The translations under genes and the position numbers were made by a program. A stretch of 63,533 nt of DNA, the filler included, from Collodictyon triciliatum (taxonomy: Eukaryota): NCBI GenBank assembly GCA_043381765.1. It is 3 parts of 3 records of this genome, joined end to end, with 100 filler letters (N's around TTAATTAATTAA, not from the genome) between each part and the next. Parts side by side here need not be neighbours in the genome. Positions count along the whole stretch, not along the records: positions 20,994 to 42,816 come from JBHJMP010001173.1; positions 42,917 to 63,533 come from JBHJMP010001175.1; 1 more part is not named here. The stretch is one strand, 5' to 3'. The notes beneath the pieces were generated by a model. That model saw only the letters and a list, made by a program, of their open reading frames with translations, made no database searches and had not been told where the DNA came from. Of the stretch, positions 34,517 to 47,441 are shown piece after piece (the first letter of the stretch is position 1; each line of letters opens with the position of its first letter).

Positions 34517-37500
34517 TCAAACCACACAAACCACACACTTTGCAAAGTTTGACACGTAGAGGCGGCCGTCCAGTCCAAAAGCCACACCGACAGGCCGGCT
34601 TTTCACGGTGACCGACGCAACAATCTCGCCGGTCTTTTTGATGAGATGAACCACCGCATTCTCTTCATCACTCACAAGGATTGTGTTGTTTGGCCCCCTG
34701 CTGAGCGAAACCCAGTCCCGAGCCCTGGGGTATTTGAATTCGTGGAGCCGCTTCATGTTTTGGTCAAAGAAGACTACACTCTCACCTCTTTGTTGCGCCA
34801 CCGCAATCAAGTTTTCTTCGGTGACGCAGATGCCAAACGGCTGTCGTAACTCGAGGCAGGACTCGGACGCTTCATAGGTCATGAGCAACCGGCCCTCGGG
34901 TGAAAGGCGATGAAACGAACGCGTGTTTGGTGTTGTTGTGTAGATATGCCCAAACTCATCGGTTGCAATGCACCAGGGCTCCCCGTCCGTTCGATTGCGC
35001 GGAACAGAAAAGTTTGATGACTGGAGATGCGGGTCTCTTGTGTCCAGAAGCCCTCTCCCGTGGTTAAAGTGATAGACCCACTGAATGACCCAATCACGGT
35101 TGAAACACTGGATGCGGTTGTTTTCTTCATCTGCAACGTATATCCAAGTCCCGCACACACTAAACGCTACTCCACGGGGGTAATAGAATTCACCAGGGAT
35201 TGGCCCGTTTCTCCCATACTTTGCAATGAGATGCATATCGCTGTTGAGTTGACATATTTTATGTTCTCTCCACCCGACAACATAGACATCGCCGGTAAGA
35301 GGATCAATGGCCAATCCACAAGGACCATCAATCGTGAAGTTCAAACCGCTTGGTGCTGCTTCTCGTATGGCTTGAAAATGAATACTTGTGGTCGATATGG
35401 GATTTCTTTCTCGGGAGGAAAGTTTGGTTTCACTAGAGACAGGTAGCTTTTTGACCTCGACCATACTTTGTATATTCTCTGTAGAGTAGTGAATTTCCTT
35501 GAGTGTAGACGGGTCTCGAATAATCGGATAATATGCTGAAGATTGAACCCACGGGACAAGAGTAGCCTCACTCGAGGAAACGTGTTGTTGGGAGGGCGGG
35601 ATTTCCACGTTGGCAAATATCTCGGTCGTTGGGCAAATACGCGGCTTGGGGACGATAAAGTCATATACCATGTTCTTTAAAACCAGATTCTCTGTGAGTT
35701 TCAAGAGGGATATACCTTGAGAGGAGGAATGGACACCGAGCTTTGGGGACATAATAATTGGAAGAACGTTCCCTTGGGATTGTTGTCTTTGATCGTGTTG
35801 CCTAACGCAGATTTTTTTCATCTGATTTTTAACAAGAGAGAAACGGCTCTCAAGAAGACTGAATCTCTTTGTTTGTTTTTGTCGGTATTGGTGGTTCTGT
35901 TGAAAAGTGAAATCCATGAATAAAGAAAGGATATCAATTGCATACTCGTTGGTGATTATTTTTTTTGAAAAGAAAAAGACTTTGTATGATGAGCGAAATG
36001 TTAGAATAATTTTGTTCTTACAGATTGTTCCATAAACTCTGCGATAGTGTTGACTTGTGAGGAGCGTCCTGAAAAATAGGTCTGAATTGCTACATCCACT
36101 TCTTCAAACATGACAGAAATCTTAAAAAGGGGAAGAGAACTGAATGATTATTGATGTAAAAAAATAATTATACCAAGAAACATGAAGTAAAGAATAAAGA
36201 ATAAAGAATAAAGAATAAAGAATAAAGAATAAAGAATAAAGAATAAAGAATAAAGAATAAATAAAGAATAAAGAGTAAAGAATAATGAATAAAGAGTAAA
36301 GAGTAAAGAATAAAGAGTAAAGAATAAAGAGTAAAGAATAAAGAGTAAAGAATAAAGAGTAAAGAATAAAGAGTAAAGAATAAAGAGTAAAGAATAAAGA
36401 GTAAAGAATAAAGAGTAAAGAATAAAGAGTAAAGAATAAAGAGTAAAGAATAAAGAATAAAGAATAAAGAGTAAAGAAGAAAGAGTAAAGAAGAAAGAGT
36501 AAAGAAGAAAGAGTAAAGAAGAAAGAGTAAAGAAGAAAGAGTAAAGAAGAAAGAGTAAAGAAGAAAGAGTAAAGAATAAAGAGTAAAGAATAAAGAGTAA
36601 AGAGTAAAGAAGAAAGAGTAAAGAATAAAGAATAAAGAATAAAGAGTAAAGAATAAAGAGTAAAGAGTAAAGAATAAAGAATAAAGAGTAAAGAATAAAG
36701 AGTAAAGAATAAAGAGTAAAGAGTAAAGAATAAAGAGTAAAGAATAAAGAGTACAGAATAAAGAGTACAGAATAAAGAGTACAGAATAAAGAGTAAAGAA
36801 TAAAGAGTAAAGAATAAAGAGTACAGAATAAAGAGTACAGAATAAAGAGTACAGAATAAAGAGTACAGAATAAAGAGTACAGAATAAAGAGTAAAGAATA
36901 AAGAGTAAAGAATAAAGAGTAAAGAATAAAGAGTAAAGAATAAAGAAAATAGAAATAGAAAAAGAGAATAGAAAAAGAGAATAGAAAAAGAGAATAGAAA
37001 AAGAGAATAGAAAAAGAGAATAGAANNNNNNNNNNNNNNNNNNNNNNNNNNNNNNNNNNNNNNNNNNNNNNNNNNNNNNNNNNNNNNNNNNNNNNNNNNN
37101 NNNNNNNNNNNNNNNNNNNNNNNNNNNNNNNNNNNNNNNNNNNNNNNNNNNNNNNNNNNNNNNNNNNNNNNNNNNNNNNNNNNNNNNNNNNNNNNNNNNN
37201 NNNNNNNNNNNNNNNNNNNNNNNNNNNNNNNNNNNNNNNNNNNNNNNNNNNNNNNNNNNNNNNNNNNNNNNNNNNNNNNNNNNNNNNNNNNNNNNNNNNN
37301 NNNNNNNNNNNNNNNNNNNNNNNNNNNNNNNNNNNNNNNNNNNNNNNNNNNNNNNNNNNNNNNNNNNNNNNNNNNNNNNNNNNNNNNNNNNNNNNNNNNN
37401 NNNNNNNNNNNNNNNNNNNNNNNNNNNNNNNNNNNNNNNNNNNNNNNNNNNNNNNNNNNNNNNNNNNNNNNNNNNNNNNNNNNNNNNNNNNNNNNNNNNN

Positions 37501-37734
37501 NNNNNNNNNNNNNNNNNNNNNNNNNNNNNNNNNNNNNNNNNNNNNNNNNNNNNNNNNNNNNNCATCAACCCTTCTTTCGAGCTCCCCATCGAGGTCCTTG
37601 GCAACCTCCAAGGCTGTAGCTGCGTCCATCGCCACCTTCCTTTGTCCTTCTTCCTTCGTTTTCTTTGTGATCTTTATCCTGCCCGCACTTAGATCCGATT
37701 CACAGATCTCCTTCCAACCGTTCTGGGCGGACAT
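34517..37734 (-). CDS. Coiled-coil + NHL-repeat (beta-propeller) protein; exons 37734->37563 (runs into gap), 36120-36022 and 35896-34517
   Basis: NHL motifs GPCGLAIDPLTGDVYVV, GEFYYPRGVAFSVCGTWIYVADEENNRIQCF, LRQPFGICV, RPVGVAFGLDGRLYVSN. A clean 99-bp exon at 36120-36022 (AAG|ISVMFEEVD..FMEQS|GTAAG) splices in frame to CAG|NHQY. Assigning the 37734 exon (MSAQNGWKEI..) to this gene is inferred across a gap. Confidence 0.8.
36186..37025. repeat. Intronic 7-bp-unit satellite (AAGAATA/AAGAGTA/AAGAAGA/CAGAATA variants), switching to a 13-bp unit near the gap
   Basis: At least 840 bp of tandem heptamers running into an N gap; source of the spurious 'LYSLFFI' ORFs. Confidence 0.95.
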
Positions 37735-38193
37735 TGAGTCCTGAATCCTAAACTCATACTATTTCTATATCTGGAATAAGCAGAAGATTGCCAAAAACAA
37801 TATTATTTCTCGTAGCCAACATTCATCCAAGCGCCATCAGATGAAACGTGATGGCACTGCGAGTTCATTTTTGATGTGATTGACACACACCAAACACAAG
37901 TCCAAACACAAGTCCAAAGAAGCCATTTTCAAGCACGCAAACACAAACATATAGATATACATAGACACATAGACATATTCGCACACATATATCCATCGAA
38001 CCTTCGTGCCCAACAACTGTCACAATTACTGCACGAATATCCTCTGATCGCATAGAAACCACTTCTAGACGATGAATTCCTTTCTCTTGGAGCAAATTCG
38101 GGGAGGACACGCTTTACGCCAAACCAGTGAGTATATCTTTTTGAAATACCAATAGTTAAAAACAAATAAACAATCAAATAAACAATCAAATTA

Positions 38194-38288
38194 ACAAACA
38201 AACAAACAAACAAACAAACAAACAAACAAACAAACAAACAAACAAACAAACAAACAAACAAACAAACAAACAAACAAACAAACAAACA
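38194..38288. repeat. (AAAC)n microsatellite
   Basis: Perfect tetramer array between the divergent NHL and RA-domain genes. Confidence 0.95.
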
Positions 38289-38434
38289 ATGAGCAAACCT
38301 CGAGAGAAAAAAACTCCAAAAAAACACAGCCCCTCCAAAAATGAAATTGATTGGAGCACAGACATCTTGATGGGCCACACGATAATCAGAGAGATAGACA
38401 ATCATGTTAGAAATAAACCCTATTTAATACGCAT

Positions 38435-41400
38435 ATGTCCAAAGAGAACTCAAGTAGCCGAGGACAGGCCAGCAAGAGCGAGCGCTCCAACTCTGCATTT
38501 TCCACTTCATCTGCAACAGACGGTGATGCTGAGCGCAAAAACATTGTCCGCATACTTTTTGGAGATGGGACTTACAAAATATTTCCTGTGACACCAACTA
38601 CCACAGTCAACGAGCTTGGGCTCAATATCTTTAAGAAAATGAAATATCCCGAAACAGAAGATTTTTCAATGACCTTAATCGACCATGGAAAGTGTAAGCT
38701 ACCAATCAAATCTAAATAGAAGTACACCGTTCGGATGAATATCCAAAATATCCCATTTCATATTATTTCTTAATTATCTCGAATTTTCATACGCTATTAC
38801 AGTGGAAATATCTAGCTGACTATAGATTTAAAATAGTGGGTTTTCATTCTAGTCAGTGACAAGGAAAACCAATCGATTTTTTACCTAGAGCCCATGATGT
38901 TTATTTTTAAATATACTATAACTAGCTATGAGCTTGTCAAAATGTGACGTGATTTTCAAATTGATGGGTGACTGGGATGAAGAGGCTCTGAGGACGGGCG
39001 GTTCAGAGAACTATAAAATAATGTTTAGCAAATTTGTATGTTATAAATCACTATCATTGATAGCCATCCCACTTTTGCACCCGCCACTTCAATTTTTTTC
39101 TCTTTCTTTCGATTCAAAGCACCTACCACATCAATATATTATGTCTGTATCAACCTGCAGGGTTGTTTAAAAATATTATTTTAATGAATCTTTACATATT
39201 ACTTCACCAACCAGTTCCATACAAGTTTTTTCTTCATTTGAATCATTCATATGCAAATAAACCACTAGAAATTATCTCAACCAACTCCAAGCTCCAAACC
39301 TGCTGTGCCAACCACTGCCCAACCGGCTCCGCATTCTGCACCACTTGTCCCAACAATAATCCCAACCGTCATGGCTCCTGTCCAGGCACCAAAGGAATCA
39401 GCCGCGATGCCAGCGTATTCTTATGCTGAGAGAAAGCCCGAGCAAAATCCGAGCGCATTGAGCGAGGAGAAAGAAAAGGCAACGACCAACCCAACTCGCC
39501 CAGTAAAGCCTTCGATGGCGCCTCGAAATCTGAGAAGTAGGCTTTCTGTTATTTTTAATCAACATCAATCAAGGGCACGCGTTTCATTTGCATGTTGTTG
39601 CAAAAGGGTTAGATTTCACATGATTTTATGTAGTTTTTCACGGCGTTCTGTTTCATAGTTACTTATGGAGACAAGGAGCTTTCTGCTATGCTGCAAGAGC
39701 TTGGACTAGCATCACAGTTCTGACATCTTTACATTTATTAGTCTTTTTTTTTTTTTTTTTATAGATCTTATGTATTGAATAATGATAATAATAATTCCGG
39801 ATAATTTTTTTACTTTATTTATCAAAAATGTCATTTCTTTCCAACAAAGAGCGTTCTTTTTTTCCTTTTGGATTTATTATAAAGAGATAAGGATTGTGTT
39901 CATATATTTATTTATTCTGTATTTCCGAATTATTTGTCACGTTTTTCTCCACCATGATTCGACAATGATGGATAGATTCGGCGACGAGGAAGATGACCTG
40001 TTAGCCGACACTGCTGTTGACTTTGAAGCTCTTTCCACACAAGAAAAGCGCAAATATCTCCGCCAGAGTACACGCATCACTGACGAGGCAGGGCTGGATG
40101 ATCTGATGTCCAAACTTTACTCACTCAGCACAAATCAGTAGTATTCTCTATCATTGCGCATTATCAGATATCGATGAGTCGATTATTATTTTTTTTTTAA
40201 AAAAAAAGAAAAGAAAAAGAAGAGATAAACTAAAGCAATAAAATAATGTTATCGAAGTACATCCTACATCATGGGTTTCCTTCTCGATTGTTACGTGCTA
40301 AAGCATCACAGAAATGCCGAAAGAGCACATAGAAATGGGGGTTTATATGCATTTGCTGTTGTTTGGCAGAAGTCTTTGTCACTTTTGTTTTTCTTCTGAC
40401 ATACGCACTTTGCAGCCGTGCCACTGAATTGATTTATTGTCCCGCCTGGTGTTCTCTCTCACTTTTCTCTCCTTTTTCCCCTACTCCTCTTCCTTCTCCT
40501 TTTCTCTTTGCTTTTTGTCTTTGTCACACCATTTGCTTTCATGCAGCCAGCGCCGCGCGGTAGAGTTTAAGAGACTTTCCTTGCCCCTAACAGACATCTA
40601 TTCCACCCCCGACTAGCTTGCCGCAGCTGACTCTCTTCTTACTTCCCCGCTTTCGATCAGCCTCCCAAGGTATGGAGAATCTCGAGCCTGATCTTATCCG
40701 AAAGCGTTGGTACTTCGATCGTCTTCTCTTCTACCACTTCCTGACAAACGTATGTTCCAGACGATCAACACTCTTTGTCAGTTATCTGCCAATGTATGTT
40801 CCTTTTCACTAGCGATACCTCATCCTTCTCGCGTTTACGATCATTATCACAGAGACATTAACAAATAGATAGTATTATAGTTTTATGGTTTCATAGCTTC
40901 ACATCATCACATCATCACATCATCACATCAACACATCAACCCATCATCACATCATCACATCATCACATCAACACATCATCACATCAACACATCATCACAT
41001 CATCACAGCTTCTTAGCTTCATAGATTCGCAATTTAAATTTTTTTTCATATACAAGGGACGATATCCAAAGTTTAAACTTCTCATATACGAGTCGGTTTT
41101 TATTTCAAAGGGACTTGTACAAGGATGGTTCTATACAGCTCCGGTTCATACCTCCTTCTTTTGTTCGAACACATATATTTTTCTTCATTCACCTTGTGTA
41201 TTGATTAATGTATCCATCTTGTTGAATATATCAAGGACGGTTTTGTTTGGAAGAGAGAGTATTCAGATAATCTTATATCTCGAATTCGCGAGCATTGGTC
41301 AAAGGCATACTCTTTTGGCAACTTCCGCTTTATTTGCAGAGATTCTGGTACCTTTTCCAAATCGAAATACCAAATCCCTGCGCATACATCACCAATATGA

Positions 41401-42598
41401 TAGATATTATGTACCATTGACGGAAAAACTGGACTTTAGTACCTTGTTGAAACTATCATGTTCACTTCGTTTACGACCAGAAGACAAATAGTATGATACC
41501 ATTAGATATTTCACGATTAATTGGGTATCAGAGTTTGATTAAGGAACTCGAAGCGGCCGAAAGCTCCAAGGAGAAAGAGTTTATCATACAAGTTTTCTCG
41601 AAGCCTCCGTCTAGAATAAGGTATGTAAATCTCTCTCGGCCCTAAAGGCGAAGCGAAATGTAACTCAATATTTCTTTCACGCTATCGATAAGGTATTCTT
41701 GTGCTGTCACAACCACTAGTCAAGACAGATCTATCGATTTAAGAAAAGCTGAGCTAAATCTCAGGTTTGGTCGAAAGCGAAAATAAGAAAATCATGCAAA
41801 TACGATGATTCGATAGACTTCCAATTCATAAACATAACACTACGAACACCACCAACAACAATAATAATAAACATCACCATTAGTGATAATATAATAGTAT
41901 ATTGGACAAAACAGTTTACCTGGTGAATGACCAATAACATTACTTATTCTCCAGTCCATCTTCATCAGTTTTACAGTTTATTGGATCAAATGCAACCGTG
42001 AATATGGGAGATGGTTTTATTTTCATTATTTTCCATTTTCTTGATATATTCATGATAAATGTGTAATTTCTCGTATTATTAAGCAAGGCAACTCACTTTT
42101 TTTTTCAAAAATAAACGATAGTATCCGAGTCAGTATTCCAGCGCTCCATCGATACAATATTTTCGTATATTTATAGATGGTACAAAATCATATCCTTCAA
42201 AATAGCTATTGAAAATTAATAGTATTTACAAATATCATAATGTCAAAATTTCAACTTAACAAAACGAACAAAATATTTGGAATGGTAATCGACTTCATCC
42301 CGCTGGAGACAAACACTGTATGTGAAATGAATTGCATATTTCTTCCTCCGTATTCCTCCCTCTTCCACCTTCTCCCACCTCATTTATCTTGAATTTTTTT
42401 CCTATTTTTGTATGCTTTTTGCGTCAAAAATGAGAGTAAAGGGGAAGCAAAGTCCTGGTTAATTATGACTCCTTTATCTCTGAAATAAACCATATTAACA
42501 TTTAATATTCGGCATTCAATGATCAGATTGCTCTTTGCAGTATACATAGTATTATATGGGAAGTACCCGCTCGGGATATACAAGCACATGTCCAAAAG
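38435..42598 (+). CDS. RA/FERM-F1-like ubiquitin-fold protein with Pro-rich linker and LD-like motifs; 3' end not found before the assembly spacer
   Basis: KNIVRILFGDGTYKIFPVTPTTTVNELGLNIFKKMKYPETEDFSMTLIDHG..LSKCDVIFKLMGDW..YKIMFSKF (RA-like), then a P/A/T-rich exon, ELSAMLQEL and GLDDLMSKL. Further phase-consistent exons run to ..IQAHVQK|GT at 42598. Some internal boundaries are uncertain. Confidence 0.7.
40899..41006. repeat. (CATCA)n imperfect pentamer repeat, intronic
   Basis: Direct inspection. Confidence 0.9.
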
Positions 42599-42722
42599 GT
42601 CTTACCAAAATAAAAGAGAAAAAAAAGAGAAAAATAAAAAATGTCTGAATGATAAGTAATAATATAAATAAATGAATACATGTATAAATGAATGAATGAA
42701 TAAATGAATAAATGAATAATAG

Positions 42723-42816
42723 AGAAATAAAGAAATAAAGAAATAAAGAAATAAAGAAATAAAGAAATAAAGAAATAAAGAAATAAAGAAATAAAGAAAT
42801 AAAGAAATAAAGAAAT
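42723..42816. repeat. (AGAAATAA)n octamer repeat at the contig edge
   Basis: Perfect array abutting the spacer. Confidence 0.93.
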
Positions 42817-42916
42817 NNNNNNNNNNNNNNNNNNNNNNNNNNNNNNNNNNNNNNNNNNNNTTAATTAATTAANNNNNNNNNNNNNNNNNNNNNNNNNNNN
42901 NNNNNNNNNNNNNNNN
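42817..42916. other. Artificial assembly spacer N44-TTAATTAATTAA-N44
   Basis: Identical in structure to 20894-20993. Confidence 0.95.
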
Positions 42917-43058
42917 TGGGTACCATTATTTTTTTCTCATTTTCATATCCTGAAAAAAAAAAAAAAAAGCACCATTTCAAATATTGATAATTTTCTCTAT
43001 TATTTGCTATCAACACTCAATTTGCCCTATTATACATTAAATTTCTATCACAGAATAG

Positions 43059-46000
43059 CTCACGAATATGCGCATGTAATCTTGGCAGATCCTGCAGAAA
43101 AGAACATGGCTATCTGCTTGCTGAAAGAATGTGTATGTATATTTTTTTCTGAATCATAGATAATTGAGGCAACCATCTTGGAGCAATTTAATATTAATTT
43201 TCGCATTTCTTTATATTTCGGTATGAAATACAAATACATAGTATTTATCAAAATGGGTAAATATTATAATAGTTGTGAAATTTAATATTTTCTTCTTTTC
43301 TGTTGGAGGCACATGATAATTATATTTAAATATTGACCAATATCCATAAGATCGAGCACCTGTCCCTTATTCAAGAGGTTAGTGTGGATGTAATCAAAGA
43401 GAAAAAGGAATTCAAGATTAGATTTGGGAAGGAAATCGATAAGATTATCGAGCAACAACACGAACTGCAAAAGAGATACTCTAGATTGCTGTTTGAAAGA
43501 CAGAAGCTCTCCAAGATGGTCATATTAATCAATACCGCGATAACGAAATGTGATATACCTTCAATTGGTAGTCATTTTTTAGATGTGAAAAAAAATAACA
43601 TGAATTTGTTCATTAGATTGTAAATGGATCGATGATAAATGATATCGGCTCAGTATCTGTGCAAATGCAAGAAAATGACCTTCAACGACAAGAAATCCGT
43701 GACGAGATAAGAGACAAGAGGTCTGTGTCATTTTTCCCTATTACCAAGTCTTTCACTCTCATCTTTCACTAATTTAAAATTATTCTTAAAATTGTGTAAC
43801 AAAATATATCTCGAGCTTGTTAAAATATGTTATCTGACTGAGGTACTTGTACAGGGACATTCTTGATCAATTTTTTGCCAGGAGAGTGCCAAACATCGAG
43901 AACTACGTTGGCAAAATATCCAGACAAATTAACACCACCATAAGAATCATTATTTCACTAATGAAATCAGTAAGAGAGATGTTGTACATACACTTAATGA
44001 TAAGACTTTTGCTTCTATTTTGGAACATATGGAGCACATGTATATTTTTATTATTCTAACTCTTTTTAAACAAACAAACAAACAAACAAACAAACAAACA
44101 AACAAACAAACAAACAAACAAACAAACAAACAAACAAACAAACAAACAAAAACAAATACAAGAGCAAAAAATTAACAACATAAAATCAAATGGAAGGCTG
44201 CCGAAGGCAAAGCTCTTTTGGATATTGATGAACTTCTGAAACAAGAAGGGGATTCAACACGACGACAACTAGGAGTAATTTTTTTTCTAATGAATCTGCC
44301 CGATACAGGCGATTTGTGATTGCAACAATTTTTTTCCTTTATTCGATTCAAAATTTGTGATTGCAACAATATTTTTCCATCGTATTTACCTGAAGCTATA
44401 CGAATTGATTAACAAAAAATAAATAAATAGTTTCTTCTGTCCGAAGAGAACCGCCTCGCTGATAAGATAGATATGCTCAAGTATGCCACTACCCGATTGA
44501 TCCTAATTCCAATTTTTAGATTTCCCTCGCTTACATATAAGCATATACCGACCCTGATTCTAATAAGCCCCTTTTCTTAACGGTAGTTAATTTTCACCTT
44601 TATACTGATCCATACTTTGATTACGATTAAATTCAAGGCAACAAAGTAGCTCCATCGTCGAAGATTCAAAAAGGGAATTCCATGAAATGGATATCATGAT
44701 TGAAAATCTTGAAACAAAATTACGGGCTCATCGGAAAGTATCAAAAAATTTATACTTTTCTACATCTCCACCATCCTGCACAAAATTGAAAGAAAGAATA
44801 AAAAAAAAAAGTATACTTTTCTGAAAATGTTTCACCCATCTCATTACATTGTATTATTCTTCTACCAATATATATATATATTAAAAAAAAAGTGCTTAAT
44901 TATATTTTAGATGTTGGGCATCTATGAAGAATATGTCCACCATCAATACAGCATGGATTTACAGACAGTAAATTTTATTATATAAAATCTAAAATCATAT
45001 TATTGCATTATCAATCTGTCTTGTGCTCTGCATCTTGGAAATTCCACCTTTCATATTCACAGTTTTTCTTTGACTGTGAAGGTTACAAAATTAGACGAAA
45101 TGCATCTTGAAAATCTGCTGGATGAAAAGCAAATTATTGGCAAAAAGTACGCTTATTATCCATTCCAGACTGGTTAACAGATTAATATAATTACACTTAG
45201 CCCAGATATACACATAAGGATAGTTCCTTTTCATGACTTGAAGCTGCTTTTATCTACATCTAATGAAAATTCATAACTCAGGATGGAAGTTGAGAGTAAA
45301 TGGGAAAATTACACCACAGATTACTTAATCAGGTAATCTTAATATTCCTTTGTTTTTGTTTTTGTTTTTGTTTTTGTTTTTGTTTTTGTTTTTGTTTTTG
45401 TTTTTGTTTTTGTTTTTGTTTTTGTTTTTGTTTTTTTTAAAAAAAAGTGCGATATTATCAAAGAATATATGTTGTCGTCACTTGCTACCAACTGAAAAAT
45501 ATTTCTGTCATTCATAAGGAGGAAGACAGAGGTTGATGAAGAGAAAGAAAAATGGAATGAGAAGTATAGACATGTCAGTTTTGGTTCTCTTATATTTTAT
45601 CCCCAAAAAGATTTTTCGTTAAAAATTTTGTCCTTATCTAAAGAATCACCATTTTTGTGTTCTTTCTTCTTTTCTTTTATTCCTTCTTTTACTGAAAAGT
45701 AATCTTTAGGATATATCAGGTAAAAAAAGAGAAATAAACTTGCTTAAGGTGAAATCAGAGGACTTACGCGAGCGCCGAAAGCTGGCAAATGTTCGATATG
45801 AAGATTACGGTATTCGCATCGAGAAAATAAGGTATACAATTATTCTCACTTCAGCACAACTGCTTACACAAAGACATATGGATCGCCCTCTAGACTGTCT
45901 AATTCTAATCCACTCATACAATTATGTGTGCTCCTTTACAGGGCGCATAGACAGCAACAAAGACTGAGTGCCCTTTTTGAAGCTGCAGCGACATTAATTC

Positions 46001-46548
46001 AAGTAAGAGGCCAGCCAGATTATATTGCGATGCACCATATCAAAATCCATTTAATAGCCGGCTCACAATACTTGGCATATGATTTTATCGTAGGCCGCGT
46101 GGCGAGGATATGCAACTCGCAAGAAATTCAATTTTGCTTTTACGAAAAGGTGATTTACTTGATGTATTTTTTTTTTTCAGAATCTTTTACATCATTTAGT
46201 CTGCTAAAATAACGCTACTCAAAAATCATGGCATTCCATCCTGAGATAGCATGCTCAGTATAACCTTTTCATCTTTTCATCTTTTCATCTTTTCATCTTT
46301 TCATCTTTTCATCTTTTCATCTTTTCATCTTTTCATCTTTTCATCTTTTCATCTTTTCATCTTTTCATCTTCTCATCTTCTCATCTTTTTACCACGATAG
46401 ACACGCAACCAAAAAAGAAGTTGGCAACGAAAATTCCAGCAGTGCCCGGCTGAGTGGAGCTGGACCCCCTGAGAAGACAGAATCGCCCGCCCATCGCCGA
46501 GGAACGGAGACAAGGCAAAAAAAGAAGGTACATTTGCTACGGTTTATG
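43059..46548 (+). CDS. IQCG: Nexin-dynein regulatory complex subunit DRC9/IQCG-like coiled-coil protein with C-terminal IQ motif; 5' truncated, final exon uncertain
   Basis: AEKNMAICLLKEC|IEHLSLIQ..RFGKEIDKIIEQQHELQKRYSRLLFERQKL resembles the DRC9 N-terminus (VGxEISRIIxxQxxLExRYExL, recalled). Long coiled-coil exons, EKWNEKY, and IQ motif AATLIQ|AAWRGYATRKKF followed by a basic tail. About 16 short exons. Confidence 0.7.
44067..44148. repeat. (AAAC)n microsatellite, intronic
   Basis: Perfect tetramer array. Confidence 0.95.
45348..45435. repeat. (TTTTTG)n microsatellite, intronic
   Basis: Perfect hexamer array. Confidence 0.95.
46265..46388. repeat. (CTTTTCAT)n octamer repeat, intronic
   Basis: Near-perfect array. 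Confidence 0.95.
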
Positions 46549-47441
46549 CTGGGGTTGTGTCTGCAGGGCATTATGTCACAGCTGTTGCTTCCGTTTCTAA
46601 GCCGATATTGGTAGGCTGCACGCGGCCGAAAAACAAGTCCGACCAAACTGAGCCCAGGTGTTTGAAAGAGGGGAAGAGAATGAGAGAGATGCGACTCGAC
46701 TGTTCCAATGTGTGACCTTATCGTTCTAGACCTCGGGCAGCTTCGTTTCTGTGGTCCGTCCTGGAGTTATACATAAAGAAAAAAAAAATAGTAGCAGACT
46801 ATCGTCTTTGTTTTGCGATGGAGCGATTCATTATTTATTTCATTAGTTTGCTACATGCATCACATGAAACGAGTTGCGCTCGATAGATGACACATGCCAA
46901 AACCCAGAGACACACTTAAAATCCATAGTTTGTTCTACTAATAACCAAATACATATGTCTTCCTTTCATTGTCATGAACAACAACAATACCGAGAGAAAA
47001 AAAAAGTATGGTCACCCATCACAATTTTCTCTGTACCACTCTGTGCAAAAACACAATAGAATAGCGCTGGAGTATTATTATTTTCTTTTATTCGCCAATC
47101 ATGAGAGAAAACATATGGATGAAGATGAGGTACAAGATAAGAAAAAAAAAGCAAGGGGAAGAAATAATATTTGATTCCTCCTCATCATCTTTAAAGAAAG
47201 CAGAAAAGAAAGGAAAAGAGGGCGTGGCTGAGTGTGGAAATGGGGAGTTTTGGTGGTGGGAGAGAGAATTGACAAATGAAGCAAACAGGACAGGATAGGC
47301 TTCGGCAATCGCAAGCAGGTGGACCCGCACGAGAGACCGGGGAAGCGGAGGAAGACATGTCTTGGGACTTGGCGGGATGAACAGGGGAGCGAGTGCGGCC
47401 ACACTGAGGAAGAAGACCCGCGAAGCTGCGAGGCGGCTCGG

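Noticed and set aside
25917-35917. Co-oriented cluster of three 'intronless' genes as an endogenous giant-virus or HGT island
   Set aside because: The NHL gene has upstream exons with canonical splice sites (36120-36022), and no viral hallmark gene, integrase or terminal repeat is visible.
36148-37734. 528-aa and 478-aa ORFs with LYSLFFI repeats
   Set aside because: They are translations of the heptamer satellite plus Ns; only the first ~57 codons look like a real exon.
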